From NCBI GenBank assembly GCA_943788985.1, contig CALSSJ010000012.1:171679-235678 (forward strand): a stretch of 64,000 nt of DNA, written 5' to 3'. Position 1 is the stretch's first letter. Every line of letters starts with the position of its first letter. Of the stretch, positions 9,196-18,329 are shown in pieces. This stretch comes from an uncultured Lentisphaerales bacterium. Lineage in GTDB: Bacteria > Verrucomicrobiota > Lentisphaeria > JABSQK01 > UBA12247. Made by a program: the position numbers and the translations under genes. The notes beneath the pieces are model-generated. The model made no database searches, was not told where the DNA came from, and saw nothing but the letters and a program-made list of their open reading frames with translations.

Positions 9196-10587
9196 CTACC
9201 GCGACCGCGCTTGGAGCTTGCGGGCCTGCTCCGGGTCGCCGATATGGAGGGTGTCGTAGGCCTGCTGGCTGCTCTCGAAGTAATCGATGCCCGGGTGCCC
9301 ATGCCAACCGGGCTGATGGTGCATGGGGTTGGGCTTACCGACCGCGGCCACCCGCTTGTCGATGTGCGCCTGCATCTGCGCTTCCAGCAGCGCCACGATG
9401 TCTGGATGTTGATCCGCGACATTGTCGTTCTCATCCGGATCGGTGATCAGGTTGTAGAGCTCGACCTCGGGCTTGAAATGCACGTCGGGCTCGAGCGCGT
9501 GGATGAGCTTCCATTCGGGCGTGCGCCAGCCATGCTTACGCATCCAGGTGCACTCGGAAATATAGAACGAGGAGGCAAAGCTGGCCGCCTCGCCACGCAC
9601 CAATTGCATGAGCGACTGGCCGTCGAAGTCAATGCCCGGCTCGATCTCGGCCAGTTCCATGAGGGTCGGTACGAGGTTCATGTGCTGGTTGTAGCCAGGC
9701 ACGCGTTGCCCAGCGGGAACCTTACCCGGGTAGCGGATGATCAGCGGCACTTTGAGGCAGACGTCGTAAATACCGTGGTGGTCGAACCAGCATTCGTGGT
9801 CGTAGAGGGTTTCGCCATGGTCGCCGTTGAGGACGACGATGGTGTCCTCGGCGATGCCAAGCTTGTCCAGCGTCTCGAAGAGGACGCGGATGCAGGCGTC
9901 CATGTAGGCGATGGCGCCGTCGTATTGGGCGATCACGTAGTCTTTATCGGTGATCCCGGGCGGCATCCAGCTCATGAAGTAGTCGGCGAACGGTTTGAAG
10001 GCCATGACCGGTTCCATGGAGCTGTTGCTGGGATCGCACTCATCGCCATGGTAGAACATGCGATCGTAGGGCGCTGGCGGCAAGTACGGCGAGTGCGGGT
10101 CCATGTGGCGCAGGAAGAGCAGAAACGGCTTGTCGCCGGCGGCCAGCCGCTCGAGCTCTGGCACGGCCACTTCGTTCAGGCCTTCGGCCTTGCGCAGGCA
10201 ACCATCCTCGGCGCTGCCCCAACTCTGGAAGTTGAGGTAGTTGTCGAATCCACGCGAGCCCGGGTTTCCCTCGAAGCCGACGCAAGTGGTCTCGTAGCCT
10301 GCCTTGCCGAGAATCTCGGGCAGGGTACTGACGTCGTCGGTGAGCGGGCCCTTGTGGCGCAGCGCGACGCACTGGGTGGAGAAGATGTCCTTGCCGGTGA
10401 GCATGCAGCTGTAGGCCGGCGTGGTCGGGACATTCGGCGAGAAGGTGTTCTCGAACAGCGTTGCGGACTCCGCAAACCGGTCGATGTGGGGGGTGGTCAG
10501 CCGGTCGTACCCGTAGCAGCTCATGTGCGTGGAAAGCAGCGAGTCAATGCCGATCAGAAGAATATTCGGTTTCTTGGGCATGGTCAT
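9196..10587 (-). CDS. Sulfatase-like hydrolase (alkaline-phosphatase superfamily) with a non-canonical active-site motif
   Basis: Overall sulfatase fold motifs (NILLIGIDSL, VLNGDHGE). The signature region is PNVPTTPAYSCMLTG, not C/S-x-P-x-R: the nucleophile position holds Thr and the Arg is replaced by Tyr. The start at MTMPKK follows an AAGGAA run. Confidence 0.65.
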   Translation of the reverse strand: MTMPKKPNILLIGIDSLLSTHMSCYGYDRLTTPHIDRFAESATLFENTFSPNVPTTPAYSCMLTGKDIFSTQCVALRHKGPLTDDVSTLPEILGKAGYETTCVGFEGNPGSRGFDNYLNFQSWGSAEDGCLRKAEGLNEVAVPELERLAAGDKPFLLFLRHMDPHSPYLPPAPYDRMFYHGDECDPSNSSMEPVMAFKPFADYFMSWMPPGITDKDYVIAQYDGAIAYMDACIRVLFETLDKLGIAEDTIVVLNGDHGETLYDHECWFDHHGIYDVCLKVPLIIRYPGKVPAGQRVPGYNQHMNLVPTLMELAEIEPGIDFDGQSLMQLVRGEAASFASSFYISECTWMRKHGWRTPEWKLIHALEPDVHFKPEVELYNLITDPDENDNVADQHPDIVALLEAQMQAHIDKRVAAVGKPNPMHHQPGWHGHPGIDYFESSQQAYDTLHIGDPEQARKLQARSR

Positions 10588-10609
10588 TTCCTTATTGCAG
10601 GGGATGTGT

Positions 10610-11407
10610 TCAGCGAGCACCGCAGGCCTGGAGGCAGGCTTGCATGTGCCCGCGGGCTTCGGCAGCAATGGTGCAGCAGCGCTCGAGCGTGTAGTCCTTG
10701 GCGCCGATGACTTCGAGATTGACCGGGCCGGTGTAGCCACTCTCGTGGAGCACGCGCATGTAGCCGAGCAGGTCGATGTCGCCGCGACCGTTGGCCTGGT
10801 CCTCGGGCTTGCCGGGGCCTTGCTGCCGGCCCTTGCAGTCGCGAATATGGACGTGGCGAATGCGGTCCACAACCGCGCTGATTGCCTCGACCGGGTCTTC
10901 ATTGGCGCGGTGGATGTGGCTGGGGTCCATGTCCAGGCCAAAGGCCGGCGAGGTGATCGCCGCCAGCGCCTGGAGGGACGTGGGCGTGTTGTAGACTGCG
11001 GCCCCCACGTGCGCCTTGACGCAAAGCGTAATGCCGTAGTGCTCGGCCCGGGCTGCCAGGCGCGCCAGCGACTCGATGCGCTCTGCGACTGAGCCAGGCT
11101 CATTGCTCTTGCCGCCAGGCCCGCAGTTGATGACCGGAATGCCGATCTCTACCGCCGCCTGCATCGCCGCTTCCATGATCTCTGGATCCTGACTGGGCTG
11201 CTCCATGGCGAGGAGCTCGAGCTCGAGTTCCGCGGCCAGGCGCTTGATTTCGGGCGCGCAGTCGCGCCAGCGGTCGATGACGAGGTGTTCGCTCATGCCG
11301 TCGATGGCAGAGATTTCGATGCCGTCGTAACCGGCGGCCTTGATGCAGCGAAACGCGGTGGCCATGTCGTAGCCACCGAATAGTACTGAGTTTGCGCCAA
11401 GTTTCAT
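10610..11407 (-). CDS. Sugar phosphate isomerase/epimerase (xylose isomerase-like TIM barrel)
   Basis: The 265-aa AP-endonuclease-2/xylose-isomerase-like TIM pattern (…GYDGIEIS…HVHIRDCKG…), typical next to Gfo/Idh/MocA genes. Confidence 0.7.
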   Translation of the reverse strand: MKLGANSVLFGGYDMATAFRCIKAAGYDGIEISAIDGMSEHLVIDRWRDCAPEIKRLAAELELELLAMEQPSQDPEIMEAAMQAAVEIGIPVINCGPGGKSNEPGSVAERIESLARLAARAEHYGITLCVKAHVGAAVYNTPTSLQALAAITSPAFGLDMDPSHIHRANEDPVEAISAVVDRIRHVHIRDCKGRQQGPGKPEDQANGRGDIDLLGYMRVLHESGYTGPVNLEVIGAKDYTLERCCTIAAEARGHMQACLQACGAR

Positions 11408-11423
11408 GGTCTGACTCCCTTCT

Positions 11424-12560
11424 CTATTCTACGCCCGGGGCGCGCTCAAGGCTGGGCAATGCGTTCGGATGGACCAGTGCGCCATCGTTCTCGTACGACT
11501 CAATGGTCGCGAAGGTGTACTCCAACGACGCCAGCGCGTCCCGTCCCGAGGCACGTAGCTTGTGCTTGGGCACGTCGTTGGTCACGTCCTCGAGGAAGGC
11601 GTGGATGCGGTGCCCAAAGGTGACATTAAAGTCGGTCTCTCCGGAGTTGGTCTCCACGGCTTTGGGCGCCTCGCCCAGATTCAGCTTGGCGGGGTCGGCA
11701 GCGCCTCCCATGCCGGGGGCTGGCTGGAAGATTAGCTTCTCGACGCAGTTCTCGATGATGAAGGTGCCGCGGGCGCCGCCTACCTCGACACTCCACCATC
11801 CTCCGTAGCCCATGGTCGCGTCGCCGCGCTGGCTGAACAGATAGCCTACCGCGCCGCTGGCAAAGCGGCAGTGGATGCTGTTCACCGACAACATCGGGTC
11901 GCTGGCCGCTTGGCGAAAGCCGGGGCGGCTCAGGAATGCCTGGATGTGGGTGATGTCGCCGCAGAAATGGCGCATGATGCTGAACGGGTGCGCCAGAAAC
12001 GCCTTTACGTGAAAGTACGGGAAGTCCTTGGCATTGGCGTTGCCCATGGGGCCGCCATAGCTGCCTTCGCCGCCGACGAAGCCCATCCGGTGCAGGCAGT
12101 ATATCTGTTCGCCGACCTTGCCGTCGGCAATGAGTTGGGCTGCCTCGTCGGCTGGCTCGGTGAAGAAGTGGTTGAGATTGCAGCCTAGGTAGCGGTCCTG
12201 CTTCTGGGCGAGCGCCACCATCTCGCGGGCCTCGGTGATATCGTTCGAGATGGGCTTCTCGACCAGCACGTGCTTGCCTGCCGTCAGGGCTTCCATGGTC
12301 GGCTGATAGTGCCAGCCGCCGTTTTCATCGCCACCTGTGCAGACATCCACGATGTCCAGGTCCGGATGCGCCGCGAGCATCTCCTGGACACTGCCATACG
12401 ATTGGACGCCATGCTTCTCGGCGGCTTCGTCTGCCCGCTCCTTGACCACATCGCAAACCGCAACCAACTCTGCCAACTCGTCCGCCATGTGGCAACTGGC
12501 ATGCTGATTGCCGATCCCACGCAAACCTACAATGCCCACTTTAAGACTCATCTTACCCAT
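11424..12560 (-). CDS. Gfo/Idh/MocA family oxidoreductase
   Basis: VGIVGLRGIGNQHA…EKPISN Rossmann motif plus the family C-terminal domain. The start at MGKMSLK is preceded by a CAGGAACC run; the ORF track starts further upstream. Confidence 0.75.
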   Translation of the reverse strand: MGKMSLKVGIVGLRGIGNQHASCHMADELAELVAVCDVVKERADEAAEKHGVQSYGSVQEMLAAHPDLDIVDVCTGGDENGGWHYQPTMEALTAGKHVLVEKPISNDITEAREMVALAQKQDRYLGCNLNHFFTEPADEAAQLIADGKVGEQIYCLHRMGFVGGEGSYGGPMGNANAKDFPYFHVKAFLAHPFSIMRHFCGDITHIQAFLSRPGFRQAASDPMLSVNSIHCRFASGAVGYLFSQRGDATMGYGGWWSVEVGGARGTFIIENCVEKLIFQPAPGMGGAADPAKLNLGEAPKAVETNSGETDFNVTFGHRIHAFLEDVTNDVPKHKLRASGRDALASLEYTFATIESYENDGALVHPNALPSLERAPGVE

Positions 12561-12695
12561 CCTGATTGGTTCCTGTTTTGTTGGCCTCAGCCCCGCGTTA
12601 GCCATAGAATTTAGCCAATCCTGACGTATTGTCCTTGACGATTCCGCCAGATCCAAGCACGATCCTACCAATCTAGTAGTCCCTGGAGCAATCCC

Positions 12696-13577
12696 ATGCC
12701 CGATACGATTCTCCGCTCACAGGTCTTTCGCGACGCCGAGTTCCCGCTTGCCGTACAGCGGATCCCGCAACACGGAAGCGGCGACGATCAACATGCCCAC
12801 GCGTTCCACGAACTCGTCCTGATCATGAAGGGACATGGGACCCATGCTGTGGGGCCAGAAAGCTACAAGTTGGAGACCGGCGACGTCTTTGTCATTCAGG
12901 GCGACACCACCCATGGCTACATGGAGACCGACAAGATGACGCTCGTTAACATTCTCTACGACCCTGATCAGTTGCGGATTCCGCATGCGGACCTTGGCGG
13001 TCTACCCGGGTACCAGGCGCTGTTCTGTGTCGAGCCGCAGGTGCGCCGCCATCGGAAGTTTCAGAGTCGCCTGCGATTGGGCATTGACGAACTGGCCCGC
13101 GCCAGCAACCTGGTCGCCGAGTTGGCCGAAGAGTTGACCAGCAGGACGCCAGGCTACCGTTTCATGGCCACTACGCATCTCATGCGCCTGCTGGGGTACC
13201 TGTCTCGCTGCTACTCCCAACTCGATCTGGACCTGACCCGACCAGTAAACCAGATCAGCAAGGTCCTTGGATACCTGGAACGACACTTCACCGAGCCGGT
13301 GCAGGTCGCGGATCTGGTCAAGGTCGCCGGCATGTCGCAGACGTCGTTGATGCGCCACTTTGGCCAGGTAATGGAGCGCTCACCGGTCGACTACCTCATC
13401 CACCTGCGCGTCAACCATGCCAAGCGGTTGCTGCGCGGCACGCAGTTCTCCATCAGCGAAGTGGCCCTGCAATCCGGCTTCTGCGACAGCAACTACCTGG
13501 CCCGCCAGTTTCGTCGTGTAGCTGGCGTCTCGCCGCGCGAATACCGCCGCCAGGCGGCGGGAAGCGCGTTGCCTTGA
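12696..13577 (+). CDS. AraC family transcriptional regulator (cupin sensor + HTH), divergent from the minus-strand sugar block
   Basis: N-terminal cupin (HAHAFHELVLIMKG…GDVFVI) and a C-terminal AraC HTH (LLRGTQFSISEVALQSGFCDSNYLARQFRRVAGVSPREYRR). Confidence 0.8.
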   Translation: MPDTILRSQVFRDAEFPLAVQRIPQHGSGDDQHAHAFHELVLIMKGHGTHAVGPESYKLETGDVFVIQGDTTHGYMETDKMTLVNILYDPDQLRIPHADLGGLPGYQALFCVEPQVRRHRKFQSRLRLGIDELARASNLVAELAEELTSRTPGYRFMATTHLMRLLGYLSRCYSQLDLDLTRPVNQISKVLGYLERHFTEPVQVADLVKVAGMSQTSLMRHFGQVMERSPVDYLIHLRVNHAKRLLRGTQFSISEVALQSGFCDSNYLARQFRRVAGVSPREYRRQAAGSALP

Positions 13578-13599
13578 TCCAGCCGGAGAGGTCAATTCA

Positions 13600-13990
13600 C
13601 AAATCTCAGTCCGTCGGGAATGGCGTACAGGGGGATGTTGAGGGTGCGATCGTCGCGCTTGAAGTTCAATAGCGTAGCGCGGAGTCGTGCCGGTGGCGAA
13701 AATTGAGCGTCGAATGACTGCAGGCTTTTGCTCTTCGGATTGACGGCGGCCTTGACCTCCAGAGGAAATACAAGCCTTCCTGCTCGATCAGAAAGTCTAC
13801 CTCGGCCTTGCCGCTCGCGCTGCGCCAGTAATGAAGATCCATACTAGCTGCCAGCTGCCAGCTGCCAGCTGCTAAGCTCCGAAGTTCTCGACGAGGGCAC
13901 CGCGATACTCAGCAAACAGGCAAGCGCCTCGAACCGCCAGTTGCGGGGCGTTTCTGCCAGAGCGCCAAGCAGCGTGACATCTAGCGCATA
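13600..13990 (-). pseudogene. Degraded C-terminal remnant of an AAA_14/DUF4143 ATPase
   Basis: Minus-strand translation …MDLHYWRSASGKAEVDFLIEQEGL, then a frame slip, then YFPLEVKAAVNPKSKSLQSFDAQF… This matches the DUF4143 C-terminal block 'YYWRt.sG.EVDFv…P.EVK'. It runs through the heptamer repeat below. Confidence 0.4.
13847..13872. repeat. Tandem heptamer (GCTGCCA) x ~3.7
   Basis: Direct reading: gctgccagctgccagctgccagctgc. It lies inside the ATPase remnant. Confidence 0.8.
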
Positions 13991-14755
13991 CACCTTGAAA
14001 CACCGCCTAGCCTCGCAGCCTTGTCAGGGCACCCGCGCGGTTTCAACGGCAAAGACCCGAGTCGTGCGCTCTTGCGCTGTTCTCGACGACCGAAAACCAG
14101 AACTTCTTGTTCTCGCGTGAAAGATGCTTCGGAATCGACTCCCAAATCGCCGCCGGCTTGGGCACATCACACGTCGGGGCGTGCTTCGCGAAGTCCAGCA
14201 TGTAGGCATCGCAGCTCCCGCGAAAGATGAAACGTGGGGAGAGGGCAGGCAGAGGCGGGGGAACGGATCGGCAAAAAATTAAGGGGTAAAAAATGAAGAT
14301 GGCAGGGGGTGCTGCGAGTATCCATGAGTGCCGCAGCTTCTTGGCCAGTATTCCTAATTCGTTGCCTAGGAGCCTGTCCGACCTAGCTAAATCTGCTGCA
14401 AAACCGCCCAGTCGGCACCATTTCTTGGCCCGTTGCGGTTGTTAAAATTCAATATACGCCCTTCAACGGGCCAATTCTGGCGCTCGATGGCTCGATCTCT
14501 CGCGACGATCCCCTAATTCCGACAGACTCCTAGCCTCGCTCTCCGGAAATATTTTGCCTTTGTATCTTTTACCCTTTTCGTTCGCACTGCCATGTTGCCG
14601 TGAAGAGTGGGGAGTTTCGGATTACCCTCCAAGCCTGCGCGTTGCAAACGTCGGTTGACAAGTTACCAGAGATCACCATAGTTAAACGTGTTGTATCTCA
14701 GGTGGCCTTTCTGCCGTGGGTTCTTCACCGCCTGCTGTAGGTTACTGAGTCCGTT

Positions 14756-16135
14756 ATGTTGACAACAAGGAGCAGCCCATTGAGAAACCATCTTTTCCTA
14801 TTGCTAACGATTCTGGTCGTCTGGGCGGCAGGCGCCGAATCACAGAAGCCAAACATTGTGGTCTTCCTTGCTGATGACATGGGCTGGGGCGATTCGTCCC
14901 CCTATGGCCACCCGCTGGTGAAGAGTCCCAACTTGGACAAACTTGCCGCCGAGGGCGTGAAGCTTACCCAGTGCTACTCGGCATCGGGCGTCTGCTCACC
15001 ATCGCGCTCAGCTATTCTTACCGGGCGGACTCCGTATCGCAATGGCGTCTGGCGCCATTTGTCTGGGAATCACGAAGCCCACCTGCGGGCCAGCGAGATT
15101 ACCTATCCTGAGCTGCTCAAGGGTATTGGCTACGAGACTTGCCATGTCGGCAAGTGGCATCTTAACTCGAAGCAGCAGTTCAACACGCCCGACTTCCCTC
15201 AGCCCGGAGACCACGGCTACGATCACTACATGTTCACGCACAACAACGCCAGCCCCAGCCACAAGGACCCCGACAACTTTGTACGTAATGGCGAGCCTCT
15301 CGGCGAGATGGAGGGCTACTCCGCGACTCTCGTCGCCACAGAAGCAGTGCGCTGGCTCAAGGAGGTGCGCGATTCGAGCAAGCCTTTCGTCCTCTCAATT
15401 TGGGTGCACGAACCGCACAAGCCGATCGCTACCGACCCCCGATTTGCCGGGCAGTACGACGGGCACAAGAATAGCGTCTACATGGGCAATATCACGCAAC
15501 TCGACAATGCCCTGGGCATGGTCATGGCAGAGTTGGATGCGCAGAAGGTCAGCGACAATACACTACTGATGTTCAGCTCCGACAACGGCCCGATTGCTGG
15601 CGTCGGCGGTAGTTCTGGCGGCTTGCGCGGCGGCAAGCGAAGCGATCACGAGGGAGGAATTCGCGTACCCGGCATTGTCCGCTGGCCTGGGCAGATCAAG
15701 CCTGGCACGGTCAGTGATGTCCCTGTGATTGGCTCCGATGTCTTTGCCACTGTGCTCGACATGGTCGGCATCCCGCTGCCGACGGATCGCACGATCGACG
15801 GCGTCAGCATGCTGCCCGCCTTTCAAGGTAAGCCAGTGAAGCGCAAGGTCCCGCTCTTCTGGCGTACCCACGTCTCGGGAGCCGATAATCGGGTTGCTCT
15901 GCGCGTGGGCGACTGGAAGATCGTCGGCAACGACACCATGACCGAGTTTCAGCTCTTTGAGATTCAGAAGGACTGGAAGGAAGAAAACGACCTCATGGCC
16001 AAGATGCCAGAAAAGGCCGAGGAGCTGAAGAAGATCCTGTTCAAGGTCTGGCAAGATATCGAGACGGAAGGGCCGAGCGAATGGTGGAAGGCCGAACGTG
16101 CTAGGCCCATGCGCGGCGCAACACTGAACTACTGA
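14756..16135 (+). CDS. Formylglycine-type sulfatase (arylsulfatase family) with signal peptide
   Basis: Hydrophobic N-terminus; canonical CSPSRSAILTG (C-x-P-x-R) motif; FLADDMGWGD and GKWH boxes. Confidence 0.85.
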   Translation: MLTTRSSPLRNHLFLLLTILVVWAAGAESQKPNIVVFLADDMGWGDSSPYGHPLVKSPNLDKLAAEGVKLTQCYSASGVCSPSRSAILTGRTPYRNGVWRHLSGNHEAHLRASEITYPELLKGIGYETCHVGKWHLNSKQQFNTPDFPQPGDHGYDHYMFTHNNASPSHKDPDNFVRNGEPLGEMEGYSATLVATEAVRWLKEVRDSSKPFVLSIWVHEPHKPIATDPRFAGQYDGHKNSVYMGNITQLDNALGMVMAELDAQKVSDNTLLMFSSDNGPIAGVGGSSGGLRGGKRSDHEGGIRVPGIVRWPGQIKPGTVSDVPVIGSDVFATVLDMVGIPLPTDRTIDGVSMLPAFQGKPVKRKVPLFWRTHVSGADNRVALRVGDWKIVGNDTMTEFQLFEIQKDWKEENDLMAKMPEKAEELKKILFKVWQDIETEGPSEWWKAERARPMRGATLNY

Positions 16136-16155
16136 GAAACAGAGAGCTGACTCCT

Positions 16156-17601
16156 ATGAAATACTTCCCTACCCGCATCGCCTTAGCTGTCTGCTTCGTC
16201 TGCGGCATCGCGTCCGCCGAGGCTACCAAGCCGAACGTGCTCTTCATCTTTGCCGATGATATGAGCTACGAAACCATTGGTGCTCACGGCATGCTGGATA
16301 TCGATACGCCGCATCTCGACACCTTGGTCGAACGCGGCGCGACCTTTACCCACGCTTACAACATGGGGGCCTGGGGCGGCGCGGTGTGCGTCGCCAGCCG
16401 CGCGATGCTTAACACCGGACGCTTCCTCTGGAACTCCCAGAAGACCGACTTGAAGAGCTACTGCGCAGACAATCTGATGTGGTCGCAGCGGATGAAGCAG
16501 GCTGGCTACCAGACCTACATGACCGGAAAATGGCATGTACCTGTCAGCGCGCCGGGGATTTTTGATGTGGCTAAAAACGTGCGTGCTGGCATGCCGAAGG
16601 GGAGTGGCTATGACCGCCCGAAGGACGCGGCAGCCTATGCCGCGGGCTGGAAGCCCTGGGAAACGAAGTACGGGGGCTATTGGGCTGGCGGTAAGCACTG
16701 GAGCGAGGTCGTCGCGGACGATAGCGTTGCATTTCTCGAACAGGCCGCAGATGATGACAAGCCCTTCTTCATGTACTTGGCCTTCAACGCGCCCCACGAC
16801 CCACGCCAAGCGCCCAAGGATTACATCGACCGCTATCCGCTCGAACGCATCAAGGTGCCGGAGAATTTTCTTGAAGAGTATCCCCACGCCGACGCTGGCT
16901 ATGGCAAGCGCCTGCGCGACGAGCGGCTGATGCCCTATCCACGCACAGAGTTTGCCGTGAAGGTCAATCGCCAGGAATACTTCGCTCTCATCACCCACAT
17001 GGACGTCCAGATCGGGCGTATCCTCGCTGCCTTGGAGACGTCCGGAAAAGCCGACAACACCTACATCGTCTTCACTGCTGATCACGGGCTTGCGGTTGGG
17101 CACCACGGCATGTCTGGCAAGCAGAACATGTACGACCACAGCGTGCGCGTCCCTTTCATGGTGGTCGGGCCCACCGTTAAGGCAGGCTCGAAAGTCGATG
17201 CACCGATCTACTTGCAGGATGTCATGGCCACCTCGCTGGAGTTGGCTGGTGGCTCTCAGGATGGTGTTGCCTTCAAGAGTCTACTGCCCATGCTGCAAGG
17301 GAAAAACACGGCGCACTACGACACCATTTACGGTGCCTACATGGGGCGGCAGCGCATGATCAGCAAAGACGGCTGGAAGCTGATCGTTTACCCCACGGTC
17401 GGTGCGAGCCGCCTGTTCAACCTCACGAAAGACTCTAACGAGATGGTGGATCTGGCTGGTAATCCAGAATACGCCACCAAACTCCAGCAGCTTACTGCTC
17501 AGTTGGAAACCATGATGGACGAGATGAACGACCCCATGTCTTCGCTCACCGCTGGTGACTTTCCCGAGGCAAGGCCTAAGAAAAAAGCAAAACACGAATG
17601 A
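16156..17601 (+). CDS. Sulfatase (C-x-A-x-R variant) with signal peptide
   Basis: IFADDMSYE, CVASRAMLNTGR and GKWH motifs; lysine-rich C-terminal tail. Confidence 0.8.
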   Translation: MKYFPTRIALAVCFVCGIASAEATKPNVLFIFADDMSYETIGAHGMLDIDTPHLDTLVERGATFTHAYNMGAWGGAVCVASRAMLNTGRFLWNSQKTDLKSYCADNLMWSQRMKQAGYQTYMTGKWHVPVSAPGIFDVAKNVRAGMPKGSGYDRPKDAAAYAAGWKPWETKYGGYWAGGKHWSEVVADDSVAFLEQAADDDKPFFMYLAFNAPHDPRQAPKDYIDRYPLERIKVPENFLEEYPHADAGYGKRLRDERLMPYPRTEFAVKVNRQEYFALITHMDVQIGRILAALETSGKADNTYIVFTADHGLAVGHHGMSGKQNMYDHSVRVPFMVVGPTVKAGSKVDAPIYLQDVMATSLELAGGSQDGVAFKSLLPMLQGKNTAHYDTIYGAYMGRQRMISKDGWKLIVYPTVGASRLFNLTKDSNEMVDLAGNPEYATKLQQLTAQLETMMDEMNDPMSSLTAGDFPEARPKKKAKHE

Positions 17602-17708
17602 TAACGCCCTGGGAATGGTGAAGCCGCGAAAGAACGCAATGAACTAGGAAATAGGATGAATTGTGTGCAGCTTAATTTGGTCTTTGTGGTGGGCCTTGCG
17701 TGTGGGGG

Positions 17709-17732
17709 GGCACCGCGCTCGCTAGCGGTGCC
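17709..17732. terminator. GC-rich hairpin (ggcaccgc…gcggtgcc, 8-bp stem) downstream of the sulfatase; no U-tract
   Basis: Seen in the sequence; function uncertain. Confidence 0.2.
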
Positions 17733-17835
17733 TGCGCTGTGCTCAGCAGAACGAACCAAGTATCTCGACAATTGAATCAGGACCGCCAAGTATCTGAGCT
17801 TGCCATTCCAGGCGTATAGCACTAGAATCATAGGT

Positions 17836-18261
17836 ATGAAGCAAACTCTCTCGATAAACCGCGCGCTCGCCGTGAGTGGCTGTGCCCTGATGCTGGTCGG
17901 ACAACTGCTGGCGTCCATCACGTGTCTGTCCGTGTGCTCATTCCCGGCGACGGCCCGCTCGGCGTCGGATGCCGTGCCTTGCAGCTCCTGCTGCAGTGCC
18001 CCGGCCCCGCAAACATCGGCAACCACTTCGACGCTGACGCCCTGTAAGGATTGCCCGATGCCGTGCTGTGTGAACACGGACCAAGAGCAATTGAATGCGG
18101 CGCTTCAGAACCACCGCGTTGCCAGTCCGGCAGTGGTCACGCTCTCGACGAAAGTACGTTGGGCTGGCCCGCAGCCCAAGGTTCGGACGAGTCCCCAATT
18201 CTTGCCCCCCGCCTCGCCGCCCCCTCCGCTCTACCGAATGCACTGCGCCCTGTTGACCTGA
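17836..18261 (+). CDS. Small Cys-rich secreted/membrane-anchored hypothetical protein (CSSCCSAP, CKDCPMPCC motifs)
   Basis: The 141-aa ORF has GC3 of roughly 75%. The N-terminal hydrophobic segment ALAVSGCALMLVGQLLASITCLSVCSF is followed by 10 further Cys and a Pro-rich tail. It fits exactly between the sulfatase and the HlyD start. Confidence 0.4.
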   Translation: MKQTLSINRALAVSGCALMLVGQLLASITCLSVCSFPATARSASDAVPCSSCCSAPAPQTSATTSTLTPCKDCPMPCCVNTDQEQLNAALQNHRVASPAVVTLSTKVRWAGPQPKVRTSPQFLPPASPPPPLYRMHCALLT

Positions 18262-18329
18262 TAGCCGGATGCCTCGCTCGCATCCCGTCCCCCCGAACGC
18301 TATCCGCTATCAATCAACAGGAGAGCCGC

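Noticed and set aside
8743-10710. 655-aa plus-strand ORF
   Set aside because: It is antisense to the sulfatase-like and Gfo genes and has a low-complexity, Gly/Ala/Val-rich composition typical of a high-GC antisense frame. The real genes are on the minus strand.
16183-17139. 318-aa minus-strand ORF
   Set aside because: Antisense to the sulfatase gene 16156-17601.
17938-18243. 101-aa Arg-rich minus-strand ORF overlapping the Cys-rich ORF
   Set aside because: The plus-strand ORF has a start context, fits the intergenic gap exactly and has coherent secreted-protein features. The minus ORF is an Arg-rich antisense frame.
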